64,000 nucleotides of DNA, taken from assembly GCA_965285935.1 (NCBI GenBank), contig OZ260667.1, forward strand, positions 54,188,001 through 54,252,000. Reading direction: 5' to 3'. Within the stretch, counting starts at the first letter, position 1; each line of letters opens with the position of its first letter. Below are positions 49,691-62,900 of this stretch, piece by piece. The notes under the pieces are model-generated. The model ran no database searches. It was given only the letters and a program-made list of their open reading frames with translations, and was not told the DNA's origin. The translations under genes were made by a program, and so were the position numbers. The DNA is from Ophelia neglecta. Taxonomy: Eukaryota.

Positions 49691-51097
49691 TGATATGGTT
49701 AAGATGTGTGTTCACTACCATGGAGCTAGTGGCTTCAATGAGTTGATTGTTACATCGCTTCTTTGTTTTTTTAATAACCATTAGCTCATAAACTATACCC
49801 AATACAATAAATAACTCCGTGAAGAGATACTAGATACGTAGTTTCGTAGGAGGACGTGCTACTGTTCTAAGTGGAGACATCAAAATGCATGTACACCAGA
49901 GTGGGCCTCTGAAAAGGTGAGCAGTGAACTTTCTGGCTCTCAAGGCGTTCTATTAAACATGCCGTCTGTCACAGATTTGATTATTTGTTTTAAATAAGCG
50001 TAACCATAATAGTGCCCTCAATAATTGAACACATAAGAGCACGTTATTACAATGATGATAACATAGACGGGCATGACAGCAAACTTATATACATGTTCTC
50101 AGTTACGGTATGAATAACACTTGCGAGCCTTTGTTCAACATGATATACGATGCCTGTAAATCGCTTAATGAATGATGGCAGCAAGAATGTTGGCGGACTT
50201 TTATTTTACCATACTTTGGCACATTTAATGTTGACGAATAAGTTGATATCTTAATGACTTGGGCACAAAACCTTTAACAATCTTTAGTCTGACGCATAAA
50301 ATCTTTCCGGTTTCCATTTCAACAGCCACATCTGCCAAGTTTACCCGCAAAAAATTAAGCGATTTACTTCATCTAAATTTGTAGTCCTGGAAGCTAGAAT
50401 TGTAATTTAAAACGTGTGAGAGATCAATAGTTGAAGCAGTAGGGAGAAGTGCAATTTTAAGCAACTATAAACCATCTCTTTATAAGTGCTGTATTGAATG
50501 GCATCTAGAGCAGCTAGCAAATATACACGGCCAAGACATTCACTTTTTTTAGAAATAAGTAATGTCAAGGGGGAGGTTGGCGGACTCTACAAAAGAACGT
50601 TGTAAGTCACTGACTGTTTTCCCAGCCACGTGTCCGTTTTAGTATCCGGGAGATGCGTAACATGTGACCCCCGCGCCTGTACTTGGCTAGGGAAAATGTA
50701 TTCAAAATGCATAACCTTAGTTAGGGACATATTACCATGAATCACAGTGCGCTGAAATAGCACTTAGGCGAAAGCTCTGCGACGAATTTTGCGTCACAAA
50801 ACGTGGCTAGGGCAAATGTTTAAATTTTAGGCTGTTTGGTAGGGAGATTTAGTGAACATTGACAGGGACATCTGCCCTTCCAGTAAGCGTTTTAATGGTC
50901 AACATGCCAAAGGGGAATGGACGGAGGGGGGGGGGGATGCGGCTGGGTTTAAACTCACGCCGAGATGCCGAGAAACAGTGAGGACATTTTGATCAATGTA
51001 ATAATAATCATGGGTTATAAAAACATAATAAATTGTTAAAACATGTGCTAAGTTATGGAGAGTTAATTAAGACTAACTTTCATCCAACTTCAACTAC

Positions 51098-53468
51098 TCA
51101 TTCCTCGAACTTTCTTGATCTCAATTTCAGACTGAAATCTGGCGGAGTCAGAACAGCTGTAAGCTCGTAGCTGCGTGGGTCACATGACACCTTCGGATCC
51201 GGTTGTTCTATATCAAATCTTTGAATCATAGAAGTTACCAGGAGAAAGAGACGACCGAGGGCAAACGTCTCTCCGATACACATGCGCGGTCCAGCACCAA
51301 ACGACCAGAGACGCTTTCTGGTTTCATGGTCCGGAGGCAACACTTTCCCACATTCGTCCAAGAACCGCTCGGGTCGGAATTCAAACGGCTCCGGCCAGTA
51401 AGTTTCGTCGTGCATTGATGACCATATATTGATTAGTACATGCGTGCCTTTGGGGATGTGGGTGTCCCCGATTGCTGTGTCTTTCAAGGCCATATGCGGA
51501 AGACAAAGTGGTGATATAGATGTGAATCGCAGCAGTTCCAAGATGGCTGCATTCGTGTACGGCATGTTGTCTCGGTCGTCTGTGCGCGGTTGTCGAATGC
51601 CAATTACATAGTCTATCTCCGTCTGTAACAAGAAATTAAGTTGGTTGAGTTGGTTGCTACACATCCGTGTATTTCTTGTTTAGAATTGTATGATTATTGA
51701 TGCATTTTTAGACTAATACTCTGTACAAATTTATTTAGAAATCACCGAACATATGATATTTGCAAGACACGACTTAAGACACGAATCTAGTTTCCTCGTG
51801 GCCTGTTTAAATTCCATAACCTTACCTGTAGTTTGGAGTAGACATCCTGATAGTGGGTAATGATATTCATAAAGGCGAGCAAAATTGAAGTGGTAGTCAA
51901 CGTTCCTGAAAATATCATATTTATGCTGGCACACTCAGTCCTCGCGTCTGCCCCCTCAAACGTCGGCTTTGAACGAAGTTTCTGGAAATATTCAAAGAGT
52001 GTCTCGTCTTTTTCAGACTTCCTACTTCCAAGCATTTCTTTCTTCATCTGAAAGTAAAGATCATGGCGCTTTCTGATGACGCTGTGGGCAAGCTTAACGG
52101 TTCTGTTTCCAAAGAACCTCAGCAACGGATATCTATCAATCCAGGTGCAAGTTCCGATGCTGGAGAACATTTTCACCATGTCCGCCTCCATACTAATGTA
52201 TTGGCGGAATAGCGTGTCGTCTTGGGTGAAATTCTTTCCAAGGAGAAGCAGCGTAAGGTGATTCAGTATTGCATTTGCTATGTATTCTTTGGGGTCAAAT
52301 GGTTCTCCATTATGCGAAGCAAAGCTATTAAGCATGTTCTGGCAAATCTGAAATAAAGACAAATCAGAAAGAGTCAGCGGTCAGAGTAAGGCGACGGTAA
52401 AATATGCCATATGAAAGCCTTGAATGGACGGGTCAAACTACAATACAAAAAGTCATTGGTCCGCATTAGGTTGGCCATGTACTGTACTCCGGGTAATGGG
52501 TATGTTAAACCTAGACGAAGGTGTACGTAGGGTAAGGGTGAAAATAGCCCAGGAGACACCGGGTCGAGTCTCGCCAATAGACAAACGCAGTAGTATTATT
52601 CCCGGGCGAGGATAATATATACCCTGGAAAACAGAGGGTGATGAAAACTTTCAGACAGAGCAAAATAAGTAATAATTGTCAGGGCATTGATAGAGCCAGT
52701 TACTGGTCTGTGTAGTATTACGATGCTAATTTAGACTAAGTGATTACAGTGAATACAATTAACGCGCATGCTCTTTCTGCAAAGAAAGAGGATGCAGTGG
52801 TCAAAATGCATCCGTAAAGTAAAGTATTAATCCTTTATTGTAATTAAACAGGCGAAACTTCGATATAAACTAGGTGTGAAATTGTATCGTATGATCTAAG
52901 ATGAGCCGATTTAAACCATTTTTAATCATGTTAAACAAGTTTTTCGTCAATACGATGTGTAAAGGTGAGAGAAGTATCCACTCGACCCGAGTCCTTCACG
53001 GATTATCTAAGTCAAATAATTAAGAAATTAATTAAAGGGTGTATCCCACCGAACCCTGAATACAGTTTTCACTAAACACTAGCTTGGCATTGCCACCAGA
53101 GTGATTAAACAAATACCTTAAAGTGAATGGAAAAAAACGTTTTTGTTAATAACATTATCCTACCAAATATGTTAAAATTTGACCAATCTATTACGTGTAT
53201 ATTATAAAATCCACGTCGGTTAGTGCAGTGATGGGTGGCAATTTTGGCTATCGACGAACATGCGACCGCATGGCTCCATTAGCTGGCATGACTCCAGGCA
53301 TATGTAAATAAATATGATGGATAAAGTGCCCATAGCATAATCAGTATTGGCATATTATTATGCACTTGTTTCATTCCAATACATTAGTTGATGTGATTAG
53401 ATTTTTTAACGGGACCTTGCCAGAAGGTTCGCATTTCCCATTGATCATTAACGGAGTATATATATATA

Positions 53469-53523
<55 letters not shown>

Positions 53524-54844
53524 CACTAGTAACAACCACGGTTCTATTTAGGTCATGGATCTGTTTGAAAATATTTCTGCGGTACATGTGGGAGGCATGA
53601 CATTCTCTATTTCAATCAACTGTTCACCACCTCCTGTCGTGTTTCCCATGTGTAGCTGTAGGCTTCCCTTTGATGTTTATTAATTTGCAACTGTTCATCG
53701 CCCCTAGTTAAATTTAGGAATTGACGCCTGCGCAATCAAAGTGGTCCTTCTTCTTCTCTTCTTTCTTCTTCTATTTGATTTGAGTAGAAATACTCAAAAG
53801 AGATAATCAGGCCAATTCATTAGTATTTAAAAGTAGTGTTTTCAATGTTTGTAATGTATTGCATATGTATTAATTATCACTCTTTTTGCTGTTATTTTAA
53901 TAAGATTTTTCCATTTAACATAGATAATTATTCCTGCATTGGTTCACGTTATATTGTTATATTGTCATAGGGAGACAGTGAGTAACAACGAACGATTAGA
54001 ACTGGCAGGTAGTGGTCTATTGCTCAAGTCTCATATATTTCATTCCAGGATTATATACCCTTCGACATTTCTTAACCATTTAAATAATAAGCGCGTATTT
54101 GTCGGTCCATCACATTATCCAATTACAAGCATCCCCCGTTCCATCACTTTAAATTACTATGTCTCTCGGAAATTGGCCCTTAACCGAGTCACCTGTATTT
54201 TCTATTGTATTAACACTGTACAACACTCCCTTTCTGGAACTGTGAATGATTTTTGCAATTAAGTAGTGATTGGTTGTTAGTAAAAGGCTTTATTGGATAG
54301 CAAACAGCATTGTAATATGGGATATATCCCCCTTAAACTAACTTACCTCATTGCTTACATCTTCAATGCGTTTGATGCCAGCGTCAAATTGTTTAATATG
54401 CTTTTGACCTCCAATTCTAAGCATCTTCCACGTGACATCAGGGGGACACATACGCATTCCATCCTGCCAGGGGTTGGACAGACCCCATATCTTAAACAAA
54501 TACGAAGAGGGTCTACCAGCGAAATCCTTTCCCCTTGTAACCAAGACTTCGTGCATGCTTTCGTTCGATCCGACCACAACAACGGGAGTGCCGAAAAAGG
54601 AACTTTTAAATACTCCGTTGAAAGTCTTGTGCCATTTGTCGAAAGTCAGGTGAGGTTGTTTCATATTGACATGAAACAGGTTTCCAAAGAAAGGCCAAGG
54701 GGTGGGACCTGGAAGGTTGATCTTACTCCTCCGGAACGCTTTATAAGAAAGTATCAGGCCGACAATGACTGCTACAAACACTGGTGTAATTAAAGTAGCT
54801 GTTGTTGGTGGGATTTCCACCAATGACACGTTTTCCCAAAACAT
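51098..54844 (-). CDS. Cytochrome P450, clan 2 (CYP17/21/1-like), 3 exons, 514 aa
   Basis: Exons 54844-54347, 52347-51826, 51622-51098 with two phase-0 GT-AG introns. N-terminal anchor, LPGPTPWPFFGN, WKMLR, I-helix SGTLTT, ELLR, PERF and heme motif FGAGPRMCIG. Confidence 0.93.
53456..53522. repeat. (TA)n microsatellite in CYP intron 1
   Basis: About 30 TA units with one interruption. Confidence 0.95.
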
Positions 54845-54887
54845 TGCTAGTGCGTCTGTGTGGCATCCAATATTCCGAGAAGAATAC

Positions 54888-54896
54888 TCTATATAA
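54888..54896 (-). promoter_or_regulatory. Candidate TATA box of the CYP gene
   Basis: Minus-strand TATATAGAG about 45-50 nt upstream of the ATG; supported by position only. Confidence 0.3.
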
Positions 54897-57800
54897 AGTG
54901 AATACTATCTGCCGTCTATGTGATTTCCTGTGGCACCTGTATTACTATATCGTATGTTATAACTTTGATTTATATTATGACGTTCATTGCAGACTGCCGG
55001 GGGTGGTGTTGAGCTGCTGCCAGACCCTTACTGCCAGCCCTAATCACTAGCCTCCAGGCCGTTGATCATTGTAATGGGTGTCTGGGCAAGATACCCTTAC
55101 TTTTAATCACATTTGCGTAATTCACTTAACGTTGCTACGGTTCCGATCGTCCCGGGGGATGGGAGGAGAGGAGGGGGATACTCGAATCATGCAATTTCAT
55201 AGGACAATGGTGGGAATTAGGACAGGAGAGCTCAAGAAAAAAGCTCCACGTTACTTAATTCAAAAAATATTCTTTGGCAATGAGATCTTTCTTTATGAAA
55301 GCACTTTACTTATATTTAACATTCCAACACTTGTTATACATATAACATTTAATAAGTGATTATTATTTGAGAAGATTGGCAAACAAATAAGTCATAAATA
55401 ATTAATACCAAAATTGTATTTGATATAATTCAGAATATTATTTGGGTCATAAGCCTGAAATGGCAGCATAATGGTTATTTCTTCACCGCTTCACTAAGCT
55501 TCTGTGAGAGTGAGTTGAAGTTTATTTATGTTTTATTTATTCATTTCTGAAAGTGGGTGATTTGTACAATAAAAAAACTGTCTCCCCCAAAACAACATAA
55601 CCAATTCGAAACATAATGTCCGCAAGTGAATGTTAGTTATTGGCATATGAACACTCTTTTGTCTTGTATATAATGAGAAGGGCTGTGCAAAGTTCTTTAT
55701 TTTCAATGTACAGAGCCCTACATAAGTCTTGAAAAAGTGGGCCTTAACAACGCAGTGAAAATAGGCGGCTCGTTTATTGTGTTAGGTTTTCATTTGATTT
55801 GTTTAAGCATTAACAAACTTGACTTTAACTTTTTTCTTTAAGACCTTAAGCTAAGGGTTTTATACAATTTGATGGTTGGTTGCCTTAAAATGGCTTGGAT
55901 GTGGTTAATTTTAAACTTGAACTGAAAGGGAGATCTTCAAAAGTGTTGATAATTTGTACGATTTAGTATTGCCTTTCACCTTGGAATGCTCATATCCATT
56001 TGTAGTATGATACAGCTAAGGATTTCAATATGTGTTAGAAGCAAGGAGTATATGAGCAATTGAGAGACAGTGGAATCCTCTTACTGCCAAGTCCATCACA
56101 CTTGTGTCGCTACAGTTACGCTGCCCCAAGCATCCGGGCCGACATGAAACAATGTTTCGCCTCATGAATGAAGCTGAGAGACAGAAAGTCATCATTGAAG
56201 GTCGACGTAGGGGGAAGGGTGGTGCGGGCTAAGTTTCGATAAGATGAACATTCAGGGGAATATGACGTTTATTTGCGAATTTCAGTTCTCAAAATATCTC
56301 TTTTATATATGAATATATAGACTTGCTTAAACTTTAAGGTTACTTGGAGTCTACACCTTTTTCGACGAACCTAAAAAATATAAATTACTAATTATATAAA
56401 TAATTTCAGACTTATCTCAAGTTTTGACCAAAACTTACCGATACTAAGCTAGATGGTTTTCCACATCTTAATGAAAAAGGCGAGATTTGCATGAATTAGG
56501 AAATGGTAATGTGATTATTACCCTGAAATCAATTTTGTATATTTTTTGTTAATATTTGCCTGAACGTTCCGATTCCTGGCGCTTGTGTCCACTAGTCACA
56601 GATTTATAGGAGTCTGGTTTCGGCGCAGCGATTTAGCAGTTATTAATAAAGAGTACCCCTATTAACTACCCATGTGACCTGCCACTCCCAGTGACCCTCC
56701 ATAGGCCTACATACATTGGCAAACCAACCGGGGTTGCTGGGCAGAGGGATAGCCGGTGATTAGAGTCAAATATAAGAGCATCCTTCTTTACAATCAAATT
56801 AAACGGTGTCGTTCATAAGCAATGAAATACAACACATGTAATTCAGGCAAAATAGAAATAAGAAAGAAGACACTGCTGCCATGTCAAGGCATTTACTTCT
56901 AGGTGCTAGGGTGAATAGTCAAGTAAGGTTACCTACTATTGGACCAGTTACGATCAAAAAAAATCGTATGTCTACGGTATTTAATGTTAATGCGTTGGCC
57001 AGGCTGAGACATGTTCAGACAACACACACTTCTTAAAGAATTACGCGGAAGGTTAAAAAAAAGATTACACTACTAAAGAAATCCTAATTTCACTGAAGTT
57101 TATATCGGCGTTGACCAGTAAAATTTGTCCCATGGCAGTCAGTAATATCCCATCGCCTAGGGACATGAAGCATCCGCATAGAGTAGCATGGAAATATAGA
57201 AACAATTGCACCTCGGAAAATAGACCAAAATCACCAATCTTTATAGTGTTATCTCAAATTACCTTGACATGATTTTGAGTACAGAGATTAACGGACTTTT
57301 GTCTGTGATTTTGAAAAATAGGCCAAGGTCACCCATCACTAGAAAGAAAAGTTGAAAAATAGCCAATCAAAAATTGCAACACTGCTGATTTCTATGGTAA
57401 AATCTAAATTGCTGGCAACCCAATATACCTGTTGAGAATAGTAGGTAAGGAGTGGAAAATCCAAATCCTAGTTACTGTTATTTTCTGATATTTCCCCTGA
57501 ACACGTGTTTTGTCGTTTTAAAACATGACCCTCCGTTGCCATGACAACCATAGAAAATCTAATTGCCTCTATCGTTAAAATTAATCAATGTTTTATGATC
57601 TCTAGCGTTTAAAAGTTAAACGATAGTGTAGTTCATTATATGCCTGTGTACTGTGACACGTCCTATTTTTATTACCATTTTAAGTATGTACTATATTTTA
57701 TTCCCATATCTTTATTTTACGATTTCTTACTTTATTACCATGTGTCTTCAATGTATCATATTCCATGCAATAACATTCTGTGTCTTCCTTTTGCATGATA

Positions 57801-59755
57801 CATTTCCATTTAGATACAACCGAGAAACTCCATTAAAGTAGACATTGAAGCATTTATAACAATTTTGTATGCTTTTGTAACCGCTTTGTACCCGAGAAGT
57901 CTTGTTTCATGCAAAAAAAAAACATCTGTACATTCCATACCAAATATAGATTTGAAATGTTGCATCTATAGGTTGGTTTTTGAAAAAAATTTCATGTCTG
58001 GGTACAAATAAATTTTGTACAGTTTGTAACCATTTGTTATGTTATTTTTACCTTCCATACTTCCAAATCGGGGAGTTTCAATCGCCAAACCCCTACCCCC
58101 CTCCACCTCTTCCATCACAATTCTGAACTAATATAATTCAGCCTTTTTGGCCGCAAGATATAGCCCATTTTTAAATATCAAGAGCACTGTGTGCCTTTTC
58201 TCATTTCTGTAATACTTTCATTTCTTTGGCTCATGGCTAGGAAAAAATCTCAGGGTTATATGCAAAAATATTCACGTAGTGTATAGTTTGGAAAGGTTTA
58301 GCAACAGTGGTAAAAAAAATTGCATGATTTCTAATCATGAAACCAGAAATAATACTTCAGCTATGTATTCGATATTATAGTTGTGCATGTGCCCAGAAAG
58401 AAGTAAACAAGATATAAAGAAGCATACACTTTGTAAAGAGCGGCCAACCGTTAACAAATCGGCCCAGGCCAAGCGTTTACCTCGGCGCTGCTGAAGACAT
58501 GTCTCTTGCAGATCGAGTAGAATATCCACGGTTTCCATAGTATAAATATAAGAATTTTTTTGAAGGTAGGTTAAATCGATATCTCATTTTATTTGATGGA
58601 AAGTTGAAGCAAGTAACATGGAATCCTTCGGTGAAAATCTAATTCAAATCGCGGGAAAAGGATTTTTGTTTTGATTGACGTTCACTATATGTGCAGTGTT
58701 ACAGCAGCAGCAGGCAGTCAACTACGGTAATGCTCTACTAAACAGAACCAGGCGTGCGTGCAACCAGGTAACTGTACGTTTTTTGTTTTTGTGTCTGGTA
58801 GGCACACATACAGAAACACATCACAACAGGCCAGGTACGCCTAGCTGGCCTAGACTTCACATCTAGGTAGGATTAGCCACATACCCCCGGAACACGTACA
58901 CTATAGGCTACCCCAGCAAATATCAACTCAGGTGCAACTTTGAGGGTGGAATTAGAAAATTCCATAGCTTTGTGCAGATAATACCCCGGACCTTCTAACA
59001 TTACACCTGGCTTTCACTGTCACGTCTGAAATAGTCTACCGACACGCAGAACTCTTGGCTACTAGATCTAGCTTGCATAGTCGTCACATAGGTAGGCCCG
59101 GAGACGGATGTAGAAATCTTGGCTTTGTGGAGATATTCCCGAGAACTACTAAGCTTTCGTAAGCCTCATCTGACAGTGTATGGTTTATTAAACCGTATTA
59201 GGAACCCGAGATCCTCGGAATCGGCTTCTTTGGCATTCATCCAACAGGATAGAATTAATCATTAGTTGTTGTGACGTACAAATAACACAGAGGCCCCTGA
59301 AGTCGGTTAAATTAACGCGTGGATGCGTTTCTGTTTGTATTTCTCGACGCATTGCACGGATTTTTGTCTTGACACATCAGCTGCATGGCCACACGTATTG
59401 CCACCAAAAAGGCCTGTACTCGTGATAACAGGGCTGCGTATCCTGAACATTTCTAGGAATTAATTTATATGGGAAGAGGGGACACCTTCTACATATCTAT
59501 GTAAATAGGCCTACATCAATTTGCTTTGTTATTAAGGTAAATTGTGCCAAATTCTACATGGCCAACTAGCAAATGTCGGCGACATATAGTACACATATCA
59601 CTCAACAATAGTACTTGGCTTAGAAGATTCTGCTAAGGACCTACTTAGATTACACGTTAATAATTGACACCTTCTACAAAGAGGACAGGTGAAGCTGGAC
59701 TCTAGGCGGCTTTCATTCATTGGTTGCCAGGTGAACGGTGTGAATAATTTTAAAA

Positions 59756-61080
59756 ATGGCGGTGTTTCACCGTGTGTGTGGTACTAACATTGATCTGAGC
59801 GAAGACGGGAGAGTGGCTCGTAGGAAGAACCCCCGCGACACCTTCCACACCATCCTGTTGTCCTCTGCTCCCATGGAAAACGGCGTCCCATTCGAGGTCA
59901 AAGTCGTCAAGGCGTCTCCGTCGGTAGGTACTTGTACCTACAACACTTCTCAACGTATAGGTTCAAAAACATGTATCTCTTAAATCTGGGATAGTTGTAT
60001 TTTCATGGTTTGGGTTAAGGTGCGGATGAGGGGCCATGTGTAGTTTGAAAGGGAGTGCACAGAGCCCGGTTTCTGGTCCCCTGACTGGAAGGTTTCCCCC
60101 TCCCGGTCTAAATCGACTCACCCTAACCCAAACTCGGGAGTCCCCCTGTCTTAAACCCATATAGTATATTAACCCCGCAGGCTAGAAATACTAGTATGCT
60201 TGGGACCCGGTCTTGAAATGTTGGTTGATAACGTCCGCCGGTCTCGACATACTGGTATGTTTCTTCTCCAGTGTCTTATTGCCCTACGGTTTTGAGTCCC
60301 GGGGACTGAGTGACTGACGGGCCTCAAAGAAACTTAACCGGGGGTTCTGAAAGCTTGATTTATACCTAGTAATTTTGGTATTAAACCTCATCTTAGTCAA
60401 CGTGTAGGTTTCACATTAACGTGGGTCTCATCTCAGCGTAGTATGCAAATCCAGTCCCTCAACTTAAAACAGCTTCTAGAAAAGGAATCGATGAACGTAG
60501 AACAGAAGCAATTATTCTTTCTGCTAGTGAGAGAAACAATCTTTGATTTGCAAAAAAAGAAAAAGGAAAGAATGCTCCTTCCTGAACGTGACAAGTGGTT
60601 TGATCTTTAATGGAACTTTCTTAAAAAGCATGAGGTTAAGGTGTCGTGTAGAGGTCATTGCTACTCTCAGACCATGATAAAGATCACATGTAATGGGTCA
60701 GAGGCTTATGTGTTAAGAAAAGTAATATGTAACTATATATAAAAATTCTCACGTCGTCTATTTTGCAGTTACCTGTGTTACACCTCGGTGTGACCTCAGT
60801 TGACCCTGACGTAAGTCCTGACCTCCCTCGTCTTCAGCGTGACCTTCGACCTTCTTGGATGCTGGCCGGCGCCTCCTTGCGGCAGGATGGACAGGAATTC
60901 GGCAAATACACCAAATCGATCAAAGCGCACCCAGGTGTCACTGTGGGCATCACGTGGTGTGATGGAGACGTCAGTTTTCAAGACGATGGGGAGGATTTGG
61001 GAGTGGCTTTCACGGGTGTGCCAGGCCCAGTGTGGGCCATGGTGTCTCTGGTTTTAGTCGACGAGGTGGTTGTCGAGTAA
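59756..61080 (+). CDS. Stand-alone single NHR (neuralized homology repeat) protein, 2 coding exons, 159 aa
   Basis: Exons 59756-59923 and 60769-61080 (phase-0 GT-AG). FHRVCGTNIDLSEDGRVARR..F...LLSS.P....PFEVKV...LGVT..DP...W...G.TVG...DG.V.F..DGEDLGVAFTGVPGPVWAMVSL fits the NHR pattern. In-frame upstream stop at 59741; likely acceptor at 59730 and non-coding exon donor at 58768. Confidence 0.8.
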
Positions 61081-61128
61081 ACAGTCAAATAAGATAAATG
61101 GAATCCACAGTCCACAATAAGCTATTCC

Positions 61129-62900
61129 ATTCAATTTCAATTCAAAAACTTTTATTATTCCCAAGATACAAAAAGTAATAACATTTGAAAAATCAATCAA
61201 AATAATAGTAAAATGAGTATATAAATAATAAAACTAATATCAAGCGATTAGTTTGAATGTATGTTATACAAAGAATATGTTAATTGTAGTAAATCTAGAA
61301 GAATTGGAGGCTAGAATCTCTAAGCTTATGGGCCCTTAAAGATGAGAATTCGTTTGAAGGAAAACAGGTTGCGGTGCAAGGACAATTTGCAAATATTACC
61401 TTATAAGAAATATTATTATAGTGTGATTACTCACAAATACACCAAAAAGGGGAAAACAAAATGAGACAAAATCTGCTTGTACCATAACGGAAGCTGGGGT
61501 TAATAAGAAGAAAGTAATAAACTAATAATTTAAGAAGTAGGACAGAATGTTTTATATCAAAAATGAAAACTCTCCTAATTCTAACAACACCTGTTGTAAA
61601 TTATAACATCGGGTAATAGATAATGATAATAAGACCATTCCGCAGCTACTATCACCCTAGTTATCTTCTTAAATAGTATAACCACTAGAAACTGATATAT
61701 AACATACTCTAGTAAAATATATGTGTCAAGTGACATTATAGGCCGCCTCCACAAGGTGAAGGTTTAAAACTATTTTCGGATTGTACAATTGTAAGTTAAA
61801 ACCTTAGACAGATTGTTGAATGATAAGGTACCTGATAAAATACACCACGTTCCAGGATATCTTACTGCCGGGACATGCAGTTTATCAGCCTGGCGTGTTC
61901 TATGGTTTTGGATATTTGTAGATTAAAATTAAACGAAGAAGCAATAACATAGTGTAAATGCATAAGTTTGTGTATCATGATCCGTAAAATATAAGGATAC
62001 AAATGATTTAAAGGAAGTAACCTCTCGGTGATGAATTATGGGTAAGTGTGAGTACTGGTGGGAGATCCCTTATTGCCCGATGTTGAAGTTTATTGAACGG
62101 AACAATGTAAGTATAATATGTATTGCCCCAAACTTCTATACACTAAGAAAGGTATGGAAATAAAAATCAATAATGTACCGTAAGAAGGGTGCTAGTATCA
62201 AGAAATTGCCTTGCTCTATGAATAATCCCCAAACATTTTGGCTAATTTACCCCGTTAAATATTGATGTGATCTTTCCACGAAAGGGAAGAATCTATCATA
62301 ACTGCAATAAATCGTGTAAATGTTACACTTGTAATGTGTATACAATTAATAAATATGCTTTGCTCAATGCTAATATTTTACCTCTTGCTTTTAAGATTCA
62401 TATAGTGTGTCTTGTCTGCATTGAGCATTATTTTGTTCATTTCGATCAGATCCACAATTTGTTGATAAGCTGTTAATGTTCTTTCCAGTAATAAATGCAT
62501 TAGAGTCCTTACTAGCATTAGAGTCCTTACTATTGTGTTTGCTATTTGTGAAAGATAAAATCTGAAAACTGAAAAAATGTGTTCGTCCATTTGACTATCC
62601 TTCGAAATAATCTAAGTTAAGGGGAAACCGATCTAAAGTTATCTAAAACGTAAAAACTTGGCTTCAGAAATAAATCATAACAATATGACATCTGAAGTAG
62701 TCGAAGGTGAAAGTCAAGGCTATAAGGAGACTTATATTTTGTTATTGGTGAAATTCTTCAATACAACAAAATAACATTATGTTTCAAACACTGTGCACCT
62801 GTCTCATACACCTTTTTACAGATACAGTAATATATATTGCTATAATCAGCTCCCATAAAATAATAAGGATTCACCCCATTTATTCGATCCTTATAAATCT
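61129..62900 (-). mobile_element. Decayed L2/Crack-group LINE
   Basis: Minus-strand remnants NKIMLNADKTHYM, LSWKDHI, FPYLS*CIEVWGNT and KLQHRAIR. AATAAA plus a TTGAA-repeat tail at the left end. The right boundary is uncertain. Confidence 0.7.

Noticed and set aside
57535-57548. RFX X-box-like GTTGCCATGACAAC
   Set aside because: Imperfect match inside repeat-like DNA, far from any mapped start site.
4519-61080. Notch-pathway cluster (TspanC8 plus Neuralized)
   Set aside because: These tetraspanins have 6 EC2 cysteines rather than 8, the NHR gene has no RING, and adjacency alone is not evidence.
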